The notes under the pieces are model-generated. The model searched no databases, was not told the origin of the DNA, and worked only from the letters and a program-made list of their open reading frames with translations. From a virus (Duplodnaviria > Caudoviricetes): a stretch of 64,000 bases of DNA. Positions 31,234 to 41,124 of this stretch are shown here, piece by piece. The DNA is taken from the IMG/VR virus record IMGVR_UViG_3300034071_001210, positions 32,001 to 96,000 of that record; one strand, 5' to 3'. Each line of letters begins with the position of its first letter. Within the stretch, counting starts at the first letter, position 1. The position numbers and the translations under genes are program-made.

Positions 31234-34200
31234 TTAATATGGACCTTGTGCGTTTATTATAATATGATTTCTACCATATGTCAATCCACTTCTTGCTGAA
31301 TTTGGTTCATATGTTGTATCCCATGGACACAATTCTGTATCTCTGTTTATTTGATCAAATACAGCATCAAACTGTATATTATATTTTTCAAATTTAACAT
31401 GATAATTTGGATCCAGATTACTAACCTCTTTAAGTCGATCTATTGTAGTAGATAGTGAATTAATTGGTATATTTGCTTGAACACAATCTGCTACTGACCA
31501 TGCTACATCGCATCCGTTTGCAGTTGTGCTTCCCGTGATTCCATCTTTTGCACCACATCCCCATTCAAATTTTCCCATAATATCAGGTGGAATTTTATAA
31601 CCATCTACTGAACGTTGGTGACATAAATATTTTTTCCAATTAATCATCATATTTCTTGGAAAACCAAATCCAATACCACTTCCAGCACCTGCACAAAATT
31701 TACATGATCCATCGTCATTATAACAACCAGTTGGTGGATCGGGTGCTGGGCAAGAACACCTTGCAGCACATCCTAACTCGCCAAGACCAGTATACGCATT
31801 TACTTGTCCAAATGCTGTAAAATAAAATCTTTCAGAGTCCAATCCAAATCTATGTGGTATAGCGTCATTATCTGTACATGTAGCTTCATATACCCCCTGT
31901 GGAATTGCAGGAAAACAAGTATAATTGAAATCTGCTGCGCCATATCCGTTTATTCGTGATAAATTAGTATTACATCCATAACTTGGAAATAGTTTTGGAA
32001 GATCATCGCATGGGCATTGTTGAAACCCACCAGCACCAGCACAGTATCCACCGTTACCTAAACCAATACATGGTTTACCAGGAGATGGAAAGGATCCATC
32101 CCAACATGGTTGACCTGGTTCTGGTTGTTCTGGTTCTTCTGTAGTATTTGATGCACCACACGGACAGTTTATATAACAATAACCCACTTGCGCTCTAGTT
32201 GGCCACTTATCTACAAATATTCTTGCATTTTCAAAAATATACTTTATGGGTGCAGTAGATTCATAACCACATATAGCTGCAGAACTACATATATAATCTT
32301 CATATTGATGAGTATATGTACCATATACATTACTTCCATCTTGGTATTGTGCTATGAGTTCTGTTTCCCTTGCAGATTCTGATTGATATATTGGCATATA
32401 AGAACTTCTATATCTTAATATACCAACATAACCTTTATGTCCACCAGCGCGTGGAACATCAGCAATCGCATCATCAAATCGTGCTCCATGTTCTTTAAAG
32501 ATTGCATATACACTGTCTGGTGGTTGAATTATTTTACCACCATCGGTATCATAAATTAAAGCAGGAGAACATCCTGCACCCAAGAAAGTCCAACATTTAG
32601 TAATACATGTTTGTACCGGTGCCGTAGGCCAAGTACCCCATTTAGGAAATTCAATCGGACATTCGGTTGGACATGCAACACTAGAACTATTGACAATCAT
32701 CAATTGTCCACCCTTTGGGTTTATATTATCTATTGGATGTGTTCTTGATCCAAATTTTTCTGCACATACTGTATATTCTTGATCATTTGGTCCAGAACAA
32801 TTAGAACATCCTGTTTCATCAGTTTCAACTATTGCTCTAATAATAATTGGACCACGTTCAGCAAAAGATACACGTCCACCAACATTAGTAGAATTTGGTC
32901 CATCTATATTAGATTGCCAACAAGAAGCAAATGGTGATTCTTCATACTCACCAAATATAACATGATCATCACATGCATCCTCGATGCTTACAATTTTACC
33001 ATCTTCATTTATTGTAGTTCCTGATGGGCAATCACAACCAAGGCTTGAAAACTGAACTTCTTCTACTTTTTGTTTTAAACTAACTCTAAATTTAGTTTCT
33101 TGTGGAGTACCTACATTAAACGTCTTTACTCTATTACATACTGTAACATCCCAATCTCTAAAAACTCTCCACACTTTTCCTGGAGCTATATCACTATGAT
33201 CTAAAGTAAATAATACTCTTAATGCACTTGTTGGTGTTTGATGAATCCATATACCATCCGCTTCTCTTCCATTAGACCACTGATATCCAGCAAGTTCTAG
33301 TGCAATAATTTCATCAGTTGCTTCATAATCCATACCAAAACACCATTCACCAAATCCTAAACCTTGTATAGATGAATCTGGGCTACAAAAAGCATTTTTG
33401 CCCATTTCAGCTGATCCGAAATCATATTGAGTTGGGACAATTACGTTTAAACTTACTTTTTTGCTTGATAAACCTAAAGTATATCCTTGAGGACCACATG
33501 CTCCACAAAATCCAGATGGCGCACATGTATAACCAGTTCCATCACAACTACAAATAGTTGTAGTACTTGATCCTGTTGGACCCTCATATAAATCCCACTC
33601 AGGTGTGGTGTATCTATTGAAAGGATTCATCCAACCAAAGAAATGCATATTGGCTGTACTACCATCAAACGGTATACTTCCTACAAAGTTTGGATTTGAA
33701 TTTGAATATGGTGCACAATCGGCTGGAATGTCTTCCCAACCAAAAGGAGTTCCATTATCTGGGTCTAATTGAGTACATAATTGATCAGTATCTAAAAAAT
33801 CAGTATTACAACAACCATCAGCATCTTGACCAAATGTACCAGAACATTTAGTTTGAACGAATGGGCATTGTCTTATCCATGGAGTGTCGGGATATGACTC
33901 TGGATCTGCAAGAGCTTCTTCAACCTGTTCTTTAGTAAATAAGGATCCATCAAAAACTGCATTATTAGAATAACATGCTGCAGCATTTTTATCTACATCC
34001 ATATATTTTTTAAATCTATATGGCCAGGGTCCACGAGGCATACGAGCAAAATCACGTGTACATATAGCAGGAATTCCATCATCATTAAATGTATCAAAAA
34101 ATACTTCACAATTTGATAATTCTCTCCAAGGATAATTTTCATTTACATTGAATGAGTGGCAAGCATCTGGATGTGGTCTTACATTTCTAGCAGGACCAGT

Positions 34201-34821
34201 ACGTTTAATATCAATAACTGTTGAATATGTATTTCCTTGAATATTATATTTTTCTATTTTTAATTCAAATGTAAAATTAAAAAAATGATTATCATTATAA
34301 TATAATGATTGGCAACATCCAGTAGGTCCAGCTGGTCCCGGACCAGATGTCCCAGAACACCCTGGATTCCCAGAAAAAAGATCAACATTTGTCATATTGA
34401 TCCCATTAAACCAACATGGAGAAATATCTCCATAGAATATAGCATCACCCCATCCAAATGATGGTATATCTAATATGTTAGAAGGAGTTCTGAAAGAACT
34501 TGTAAAACCTGCATTTGGATTTTCTGGATCTATTATTCTTACTTGAGCAACATCTTCCGTAGGACCAATATCACAACAACTTTGAAAATCTTGTCCTTGA
34601 GATGTACATTCATCACAATTAATTAACCTTACAAAAGGCATTGGATGACCAACACTTGGTAACTCTGTAGTAATAGTACCGGTAGATGCCCAATTTGGTT
34701 GAGTTGGTTGTTCTAATATGCCTTCATTTGCAAAAGGATCTTGTGGATCATATGTATTTCGATACCAATGATCTCTATCGCACCAACTACATTTATTACA
34801 ACAGCACGCTTTTTTTGGCAT
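31234..34821 (-). CDS. Large Cys-rich protein (possible virion appendage/receptor-binding protein)
   Basis: 1195 aa, starts MPKKACCCNKC, many Cys/Gly/Pro; TATAAATA late promoter upstream. Confidence 0.8.
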   Translation of the reverse strand: MPKKACCCNKCSWCDRDHWYRNTYDPQDPFANEGILEQPTQPNWASTGTITTELPSVGHPMPFVRLINCDECTSQGQDFQSCCDIGPTEDVAQVRIIDPENPNAGFTSSFRTPSNILDIPSFGWGDAIFYGDISPCWFNGINMTNVDLFSGNPGCSGTSGPGPAGPTGCCQSLYYNDNHFFNFTFELKIEKYNIQGNTYSTVIDIKRTGPARNVRPHPDACHSFNVNENYPWRELSNCEVFFDTFNDDGIPAICTRDFARMPRGPWPYRFKKYMDVDKNAAACYSNNAVFDGSLFTKEQVEEALADPESYPDTPWIRQCPFVQTKCSGTFGQDADGCCNTDFLDTDQLCTQLDPDNGTPFGWEDIPADCAPYSNSNPNFVGSIPFDGSTANMHFFGWMNPFNRYTTPEWDLYEGPTGSSTTTICSCDGTGYTCAPSGFCGACGPQGYTLGLSSKKVSLNVIVPTQYDFGSAEMGKNAFCSPDSSIQGLGFGEWCFGMDYEATDEIIALELAGYQWSNGREADGIWIHQTPTSALRVLFTLDHSDIAPGKVWRVFRDWDVTVCNRVKTFNVGTPQETKFRVSLKQKVEEVQFSSLGCDCPSGTTINEDGKIVSIEDACDDHVIFGEYEESPFASCWQSNIDGPNSTNVGGRVSFAERGPIIIRAIVETDETGCSNCSGPNDQEYTVCAEKFGSRTHPIDNINPKGGQLMIVNSSSVACPTECPIEFPKWGTWPTAPVQTCITKCWTFLGAGCSPALIYDTDGGKIIQPPDSVYAIFKEHGARFDDAIADVPRAGGHKGYVGILRYRSSYMPIYQSESARETELIAQYQDGSNVYGTYTHQYEDYICSSAAICGYESTAPIKYIFENARIFVDKWPTRAQVGYCYINCPCGASNTTEEPEQPEPGQPCWDGSFPSPGKPCIGLGNGGYCAGAGGFQQCPCDDLPKLFPSYGCNTNLSRINGYGAADFNYTCFPAIPQGVYEATCTDNDAIPHRFGLDSERFYFTAFGQVNAYTGLGELGCAARCSCPAPDPPTGCYNDDGSCKFCAGAGSGIGFGFPRNMMINWKKYLCHQRSVDGYKIPPDIMGKFEWGCGAKDGITGSTTANGCDVAWSVADCVQANIPINSLSTTIDRLKEVSNLDPNYHVKFEKYNIQFDAVFDQINRDTELCPWDTTYEPNSARSGLTYGRNHIIINAQGPY

Positions 34822-34848
34822 AGATAATCACCCTTACGAACTTAATAT

Positions 34849-35223
34849 TTATAGAATATGTACACCCTCATCATCGGTGTAGTATATTTTATGAAAAGCT
34901 TCGTTGCACCACTTGGCACACACTGGACAGGGCTTAGAATTTCTATAGTTACCAAATCTATTAAAACGAAAATTAAGAAGAGTTAATTTTTCTCCTCTTA
35001 ACGATTTTGGAATTTTTCGGTAGGCATCGAGTTCTGAGTGCATATCAGAACCACGATATCCCAAACGAAAAGTATCGGGGTGGGTCTTGAATACATTTTG
35101 ACCCACCGCGATAATTTTGCGCTTATAGATTACTAATGAGATATGTTTTTTTTGTCTCTCCATTGCCATCGAAAGTGGCTTGGCAATAGGAACAAAATTT
35201 TCAATCACATGATCTATATTCAT
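34849..35223 (-). CDS. Cytidine/dCMP deaminase-like zinc protein
   Basis: HSELDA...SKPCPVC (HxE...PCxxC). Confidence 0.8.
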   Translation of the reverse strand: MNIDHVIENFVPIAKPLSMAMERQKKHISLVIYKRKIIAVGQNVFKTHPDTFRLGYRGSDMHSELDAYRKIPKSLRGEKLTLLNFRFNRFGNYRNSKPCPVCAKWCNEAFHKIYYTDDEGVHIL

Positions 35224-35226
35224 AAT

Positions 35227-35538
35227 TTACACAGATAACTTCAGCTGAGATAGTGGATCCACTCCCTTGCCAGAAGTAATAATTCCCTTATTGAGACTAC
35301 TATCATACTGAGCCTTGAGTTCATCAAGTGGCTCAACAGTAAAGGCAATAAATGCATTAGGAATTGTTACACCCTTTGCAGCCTTACTGTACATCATCCA
35401 AGGCATAAGACCAATTTGACCTTGTTGCATAGGTACAAGAATTGCAGGATCCTTTAAAGTCCACGATGTTTCATTTTCAGTAAACCGTGATAAAATCTCT
35501 TCGCCAGAATTAAGTCTAAATATTTTTACATTACTCAT
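35227..35538 (-). CDS. Conserved T4-like small protein (Sm-like)
   Basis: VKIFRLNSGEEIL...IGLMPW; promoter TTGCTA-16-TATAAT at 35562-35589. Confidence 0.75.
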   Translation of the reverse strand: MSNVKIFRLNSGEEILSRFTENETSWTLKDPAILVPMQQGQIGLMPWMMYSKAAKGVTIPNAFIAFTVEPLDELKAQYDSSLNKGIITSGKGVDPLSQLKLSV

Positions 35539-35600
35539 AGTGGGTTCCTTTGTATAATATAATTATATCACTCTTATTACTAATAGCAAGCAACAATAAT

Positions 35601-36197
35601 ATGAAAACATTTAAACAATATTTGGCAGAAGAAAATCAAAATATGCAATGTGATATTAATGGAATATGCAAGGTTATTAAAGGATATGAGTCTGCTGGAA
35701 ATGAAAAGAAAATTTTAGGTGTATATAAAGATAGTAAAAAATTAGATACTATTGGTCATGGACATTTAGTTACACCACAATCAGAAAAAATTTTTAAAGA
35801 AGTGTTTGCAGATGAACACAAAAAAGATCCAAATTTTGGATCTACTGTTTTGCGTAAAGGTGGAAGAATAACACCAGAACAAGCTGACCGATTATTAGCA
35901 AGAGATGTTACTGTACGAATTCCACAAGTTGAAAAACTTGTTCCAAATTTTAAAACCTATTCTCCTGAACTACAAGCTCAATTAGCATCAGAACAATTTA
36001 GAGGAATGTTAGGTAAATCACCAACTGCATTAAAACATTTAAATGCTGGTAAATTTGCTGAAGCAGGTAAAGAATTTTTAAATGCATCCGATTATAGAAA
36101 TTCTATAAAAGAAAAAACCGGTATTGCCGCAAGAATGCAAGCATTATCAGATGCTATGGTGTCTGAACCAACTCGTCAGAAGAAACCTGCGAAGTAA
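35601..36197 (+). CDS. GH24 (T4-type) lysozyme with N-terminal capsid-targeting-like leader
   Basis: MKTFKQYLAEE leader; YE...VYKDSKKLDTIGHGHL, ITPEQADRLLARD. Confidence 0.85.
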   Translation: MKTFKQYLAEENQNMQCDINGICKVIKGYESAGNEKKILGVYKDSKKLDTIGHGHLVTPQSEKIFKEVFADEHKKDPNFGSTVLRKGGRITPEQADRLLARDVTVRIPQVEKLVPNFKTYSPELQAQLASEQFRGMLGKSPTALKHLNAGKFAEAGKEFLNASDYRNSIKEKTGIAARMQALSDAMVSEPTRQKKPAK

Positions 36198-36666
36198 ACC
36201 ACTCAGGTGCATTACCGAGTTTCCATTTAGCAAATCTGGCTTTCTCTCCAAGGTAATATGCCCGATATGCGGCTACACCATCAACGTTCTTATATTGTTC
36301 TGGCATTGCTTGTGCAAAGTCAGTACAAATAGTATTTGGAAGATTGCTTGGTGCGTTGTGTTTAAACCAATGTGCCATACTAGTAGACTTATGAACCTTT
36401 TCATATCTAGCAGTATATTCTTCTGTCAATTCAAAAGTATGGTTGGCTAACCAGTAATAATTGGACTTAGATGCTCTTGCCCAAATAGTACATGGGTGAT
36501 TATGAAAACATGGCTTGTATAACGTAGGCTTATTGTCTTGTACAACATCTAAAGAATGAACCGTTGAAAGCATCTGACAGCCTTCAAGAATCATTTTTAC
36601 AACATGCTTGTCACACATCATTTGTGCAGCAACATACGGATCTTTATCTAAAACAAAAATGTTCAT
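36154..36666 (-). CDS. Pyrimidine dimer DNA glycosylase / endonuclease V family
   Basis: MNIFVLD, CDKHVVKMILE..QMLST, HNHPCTIW, AYRAYY. Confidence 0.85.
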   Translation of the reverse strand: MNIFVLDKDPYVAAQMMCDKHVVKMILEGCQMLSTVHSLDVVQDNKPTLYKPCFHNHPCTIWARASKSNYYWLANHTFELTEEYTARYEKVHKSTSMAHWFKHNAPSNLPNTICTDFAQAMPEQYKNVDGVAAYRAYYLGEKARFAKWKLGNAPEWFTSQVSSDELVQTP

Positions 36667-37697
36667 ATTTCATGTTCCTCAAAAATGTTATTGATTGTAC
36701 GATTAACCTTTACCAATGTACCATTGGAGTATAGAGAAGGCAAATCAAAAGCACCAACATAAGAACAAGCCGAGCGCAAACCACCAAGAATTTCTTGTAT
36801 CGTATTGTATACAGGTCCACGGTAAGGAACCTCCACTGTGCGTCCCTCTGACGCACGATATGTGGATAGACCACCATTGTATTTGTCATTTGCAGTTTTG
36901 CTGCTCATTCCATAATGCAACATTGTGAGCTGTCCATGCTCTTTATTACGAATTTCACCACCACACTCATCGTGCCCTGCAAACATTCCACCAACCATAA
37001 CAAATGCTGCACCGGCAACGAATGCTTTTGCAATATCTCCGGAGTGTACTACGCCACCATCAGCAACGATCCCAATATCTAATGCTGCCGCGGTTTCTGC
37101 ACACTCTACTACTGCGGACAACTGGGGGTATCCCACTCCCGCTATTCTCCGTGTCAGACACATTGATCCGGCTCCGATTCCTATCTTCACTAAGTCTGCA
37201 CCAGCAAGCGACAAGGCTTCCACTCCTTCTGGTGTCACCACATTCCCTGCTACAATTATTGACGTTGGACATTTCTCTCTTACCTTTCTAACAAAAGAAT
37301 GAAACTCTTTCATATAACCATTTGCTACATCTAAGCAAATAAACGTTGGATCATTTGTGATCGGTGTATCTAACCACAATTTACTTTGTGCATCTAGTCC
37401 CAGACTTAGTGCAACATTATGTTCTTTATCGGAATATTGTGTTACAAAGGAATCATAATAATCAAAACCTTTTTTAAGACAAGTTACCATGTTATACTTG
37501 GAAAGAGCAAGTGCCATCTCATGTGTACCAATTGTAGACATGTTAGCAGCCATGACGGGCGTACCTTTCCAAACTCTACCACATTTAAAAGTTGTTGAAA
37601 CTTCTAAACTTACATCGTTTCTAGATTTTACCTCAGAAAGTTGTGGAACAATCAGAACATCAGAATAATCTAGTTTTGGTTCGTAATTAATAGTCAT
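36663..37697 (-). CDS. guaC: GMP reductase
   Basis: KLDYSDVLIVP, CLDVANGY, AGNVVT, GIGAGSMCLTR, YRASEGRTV, GGLRSACSYVGA; leaderless (TTGACA-16-TATACT-N7-ATG). Confidence 0.93.
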   Translation of the reverse strand: MTINYEPKLDYSDVLIVPQLSEVKSRNDVSLEVSTTFKCGRVWKGTPVMAANMSTIGTHEMALALSKYNMVTCLKKGFDYYDSFVTQYSDKEHNVALSLGLDAQSKLWLDTPITNDPTFICLDVANGYMKEFHSFVRKVREKCPTSIIVAGNVVTPEGVEALSLAGADLVKIGIGAGSMCLTRRIAGVGYPQLSAVVECAETAAALDIGIVADGGVVHSGDIAKAFVAGAAFVMVGGMFAGHDECGGEIRNKEHGQLTMLHYGMSSKTANDKYNGGLSTYRASEGRTVEVPYRGPVYNTIQEILGGLRSACSYVGAFDLPSLYSNGTLVKVNRTINNIFEEHEI

Positions 37698-37732
37698 CTG
37701 CGTTAGTATATCACCAACACAATATATGTCAA

Positions 37733-37912
37733 TTATTTATTTGAGTCTTCTATACGAAGTACTGCATCTCGAAGAATTAACATCTTTTGTGCCAATTCTT
37801 TAGATGTGATTTTTTCTTTTAAATATTTTTCGTAACTGGAGACAATAATCTTTGACTCACGAAAGAGTATTGCATACAGATGATCAATACGTTTTTGTTC
37901 TTCCGTGGACAT
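37733..37912 (-). CDS. Small hypothetical protein (59 aa, not in ORF track)
   Basis: MSTEEQKRIDHLYAILFRESKIIVSSYEKYLKEKITSKELAQKMLILRDAVLRIEDSNK read manually. Confidence 0.6.
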   Translation of the reverse strand: MSTEEQKRIDHLYAILFRESKIIVSSYEKYLKEKITSKELAQKMLILRDAVLRIEDSNK

Positions 37913-37923
37913 GATATTATTAT

Positions 37924-38496
37924 TTATTCTAATCCAGTTGTGTCATCACGAATAAACTTAATAACCGAAGACATGTAAAAAGATTTCCAACCTTGAGCAT
38001 TTATATCCCATACAACTACACGATCACCTTTTTGTGGAGAAAAGAAATTTTGTCTTGTATTTGATTGAGATGTTGGAATACTATTTTGCTGTAATGTACA
38101 GGTCAAACGCCTAGATGCTCCGTTTGATTTTTTATTAAAATATACAGTACAAAGACCTGTCAAATTTTCCATTATAACTTCTTGTGTGGAAATATGATCT
38201 GTTTTGTATGAAGTATCTTTTGTAATAACAGTAACATCCATGATATAATCAGTCATTGGATCAAATACATTGATGTTTTGATTAATTTTGTTTTGTGCAA
38301 GATAATTTTCATATGAACCATAGGTACGTGTAATAAATTGTTTATATGCAAGATCATCATTTTCTAGTGATGCATATGTTTCTTTTTGTAAATCCGAACC
38401 TCGATACAAAGTTTGTAATTTACTGGTACTGGTACCAGAACTTAATAGTTGATTAAGAATCTGATCATTAAAACTTAATTCGTTCTCTTCTGCCAT
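37924..38496 (-). CDS. Protein with C-terminal SH3/WYL_2-like (DUF2693-like) domain
   Basis: TVYFNKKSNGASRRLTCTL...VVWDINAQGWKSF. Confidence 0.65.
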   Translation of the reverse strand: MAEENELSFNDQILNQLLSSGTSTSKLQTLYRGSDLQKETYASLENDDLAYKQFITRTYGSYENYLAQNKINQNINVFDPMTDYIMDVTVITKDTSYKTDHISTQEVIMENLTGLCTVYFNKKSNGASRRLTCTLQQNSIPTSQSNTRQNFFSPQKGDRVVVWDINAQGWKSFYMSSVIKFIRDDTTGLE

Positions 38497-38738
38497 TAGA
38501 ACTCCAGTATGTAATTTTGATTATCGCTAACCATATTTTTTACTTTTAATTTTGTAGTTTGTATATACTCCATGACGGGCTGAATATATGGAGGAGGAAT
38601 CAATACAAAAATTTGAGCAAAGGGTTCTTTCTTTTTCACAGCAATTTTACAAATTAACTCAGATAAAGTCTTTGGACCATTGTTTTCCATGGTCAGAGTA
38701 TAGAAAGTTTTAAGCAATTTGCTTTTTTCAAGAATCAT
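38496..38738 (-). CDS. Hypothetical protein (start uncertain)
   Basis: ORF coupled to the downstream gene by TAATG. Confidence 0.5.
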   Translation of the reverse strand: MILEKSKLLKTFYTLTMENNGPKTLSELICKIAVKKKEPFAQIFVLIPPPYIQPVMEYIQTTKLKVKNMVSDNQNYILEF

Positions 38739-38750
38739 ATTATTATTTAT

Positions 38751-38905
38751 TTGACTATTAAAGTTCAGTTGATATACTTACAGAAACTTTAAGTTGTTAG
38801 AGGGACTAAGTTCTCTAGAGAACTATAAAGTAAACTATAAAAGAATATATAAAAGAATATCTTAAGTACCTTTAAAGTACTAGTACTATAAAGACTCTTA
38901 GAGTA
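38751..38905 (+). other. Promoter (TTGACT-16-TATACT) followed by AT-rich, palindrome-rich non-coding tract; candidate replication origin
   Basis: AGTTCTCTAGAGAACT, AGTACTAGTACT, CTTAAG, repeated ACTATAAA; no ORF. Confidence 0.4.
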
Positions 38906-38907
38906 TA

Positions 38908-39117
38908 TTAACTAAATCTAGAATTTGTTGGTATAAAATTATTCAAGAGTTGATCTCGAATATTTGGAGCCTGTCTCATGTTATCTGGAATCTGAGTAGG
39001 ACTCATATGAATATTACTGTCTTCTCGAATCATTAAGAGTGGACTTGGACGATTTTTGTGCTGATTATGGACAGCACGAATAGTATCTTCTAAACTAAGA
39101 GGTTTATTATTTCTCAT
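38908..39117 (-). CDS. Hypothetical late protein
   Basis: CATAAATA late-promoter-like sequence upstream. Confidence 0.6.
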   Translation of the reverse strand: MRNNKPLSLEDTIRAVHNQHKNRPSPLLMIREDSNIHMSPTQIPDNMRQAPNIRDQLLNNFIPTNSRFS

Positions 39118-39167
39118 ACATTTATTTATGCCTTTTTTCGGGTTTGTTTGTTTTTATAAATAATTTC

Positions 39168-39860
39168 ATGGCATACTCATTTTTCCCAAACGACTTTCAC
39201 AATCTTCCAAATTTACAGGACAATGCAACTATGAATTACCTAACACAACATTACAAAAATTTATCGGAACAACTTCAAGCCAAAGTTAATCACCTTCAGA
39301 ACCTTCTAGAGGCATATCCAGGTGGAATGACTCCAGCAAGAATGGATGTATTTAATAAAGGAGTTAGAATACCATTCACTAATGCTACTCCAGAACAGGA
39401 AGCAAGAGCTGATCGTGCACGTGGCCTACGAAACCGAGCAAATGCAACAGATCGCCGAAGAGCCGCAGAAGACCAGGCAAGAGACGAAGCAACCGTATCG
39501 GGTATGCCAGACTTCCATAATACTGTTATTGCTCACATGGCTACTGCCTTTGGTGATAGATATGGACAAAACACAGGACACGGACGAAAGCTTACTCTAC
39601 AGGTTGCCGAAGACCTTCACAAAAGGGCTGGAGAAGGTGGATTCAGAGATTATGCTCATGCAAGTGGTGTCTTGCATGATTACATGCAAGATAGTGATCA
39701 CGTAAGAGATCACAAAGAAGAACAAGCAATTTTAGATCCAACAAAATATGGTGTTCATTCTGACGATATTATGGATGTTGATATGTCAGATGAAATTAGT
39801 GAAGATCATGCAGAGATTTCAGATGATATTATGCAAGGATTGTTAAGAAAGAAACCGTAA
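39168..39860 (+). CDS. Hypothetical late protein (possible internal head protein)
   Basis: TATAAATA just upstream; MAYSFFPND start; NYLTQHYKNLSEQLQ motif shared with 60369..61208. Confidence 0.75.
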   Translation: MAYSFFPNDFHNLPNLQDNATMNYLTQHYKNLSEQLQAKVNHLQNLLEAYPGGMTPARMDVFNKGVRIPFTNATPEQEARADRARGLRNRANATDRRRAAEDQARDEATVSGMPDFHNTVIAHMATAFGDRYGQNTGHGRKLTLQVAEDLHKRAGEGGFRDYAHASGVLHDYMQDSDHVRDHKEEQAILDPTKYGVHSDDIMDVDMSDEISEDHAEISDDIMQGLLRKKP

Positions 39861-39967
39861 CCTTTTCGAGGCTCTCACAGCCTTTCACAATACATAAGGG
39901 GTTCTGACTCAGATAATGAATCAGAACCCCTTATAACCAATCGTAGGGCTATTGGAAGCCCTTTCAG

Positions 39968-40126
39968 TTACTTGGCAGGAGCAACTACAGGTGTCTCTTG
40001 AGGATACCCAGGATGACCCTTGGCTTCCGAGACCTTGAAGATGATGAGAGCAGCAAGAACTACTCCAACAACAACCCAACCGATAAGTGGCACATTCTTA
40101 ACAAACTTTTTAATTTTTAGTAGCAT
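39968..40126 (-). CDS. Small membrane protein (52 aa, not in ORF track)
   Basis: MLLKIKKFVKNVPLIGWVVVGVVLAALIIFKVSEAK...; AAGGAGA RBS; late promoter. Confidence 0.65.
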   Translation of the reverse strand: MLLKIKKFVKNVPLIGWVVVGVVLAALIIFKVSEAKGHPGYPQETPVVAPAK

Positions 40127-40140
40127 AGTATCTCCTTACA

Positions 40141-40156
40141 ATTATTTATAAATAAT
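40141..40156. promoter_or_regulatory. Bidirectional T4-type late promoter
   Basis: Perfect palindrome ATTATTTATAAATAAT carrying TATAAATA on both strands between divergent ORFs. Confidence 0.7.
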
Positions 40157-40158
40157 CT

Positions 40159-41070
40159 ATGCACGATTCCTTCTTCCCATCCGACAAATTTTTTGGTCCT
40201 GACAACATGTATTTTCAACAAAACCGTCAAAACCTTGAAGAAGGTATGATGGGAGATTTAAGACGAGGAGCCGGAAATATGCTCACAGGTCTTGGACGGA
40301 GACTTGCTGGTGGAGCTCCGGTTGATAATGTCGTAGACCCACAAATTGCCATAGACACCAAAAATAAAGAAATGGCCAGATCCACTCATATTGGTAGAAC
40401 TATTAAAAAATTGAGTACAGTATTTGCACTGAATAAAAATACCATTCCTATGGCAATTGCTCACCATAAGAAAAATAGTGAAAATGCACTATACTATGAC
40501 AGTTCTGAGGTTCCAGACACAGGTATGCCGACAACCAAAAAAGAATATAAACAAGCCAGCAAAGAGAATGCTGCTTATGAGAAGTCTCAAGCCGGAAGGG
40601 TATTATCAAGTGGACATAATTCTATTTTGGGACATTTAGCATCTATGATACATAGATCTTCACAGTCTGCTGCACAACATCCAGATAATAAACCAGACGT
40701 AGTAATGGATCCAGTACACATAGGACATGGATTTGATTCAGAAAATGTTGCACTTCACAATATGTCAGATGGAGCAAATGGTCGAGGTAGTATTTCACAC
40801 CCGGATCATGAAGCCTATCACAGATGGCAGAGCCGTCCACAAAATGCAAATTATCCATCAGTTCAATCATTCTTCGGACCAAACTCTGGTACCTACCATG
40901 TAGGAGAAGATTTTGAGCATCTCTTACCGGCTGGTGGTGGTAAGAGTGGTATTCGTGCAGTGAATGCAGCTAACCGTGAAAGGTATCGTGCAAGAATGCA
41001 GGATATCAATACTTTGATGAACCCACAGGATATTCCAGCCGAGTGGAGAGCACCCGGACGAATGGGATAA
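40159..41070 (+). CDS. Hypothetical late protein (possible internal head protein)
   Basis: MHDSFFPSD start similar to the 39168 ORF; NLEE gp21-type site. Confidence 0.75.
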   Translation: MHDSFFPSDKFFGPDNMYFQQNRQNLEEGMMGDLRRGAGNMLTGLGRRLAGGAPVDNVVDPQIAIDTKNKEMARSTHIGRTIKKLSTVFALNKNTIPMAIAHHKKNSENALYYDSSEVPDTGMPTTKKEYKQASKENAAYEKSQAGRVLSSGHNSILGHLASMIHRSSQSAAQHPDNKPDVVMDPVHIGHGFDSENVALHNMSDGANGRGSISHPDHEAYHRWQSRPQNANYPSVQSFFGPNSGTYHVGEDFEHLLPAGGGKSGIRAVNAANRERYRARMQDINTLMNPQDIPAEWRAPGRMG

Positions 41071-41124
41071 AAATACTTTAAAATTTTTGAATAAACTTTC
41101 TGGGTCTCTTTGGGGCCCAGAATT

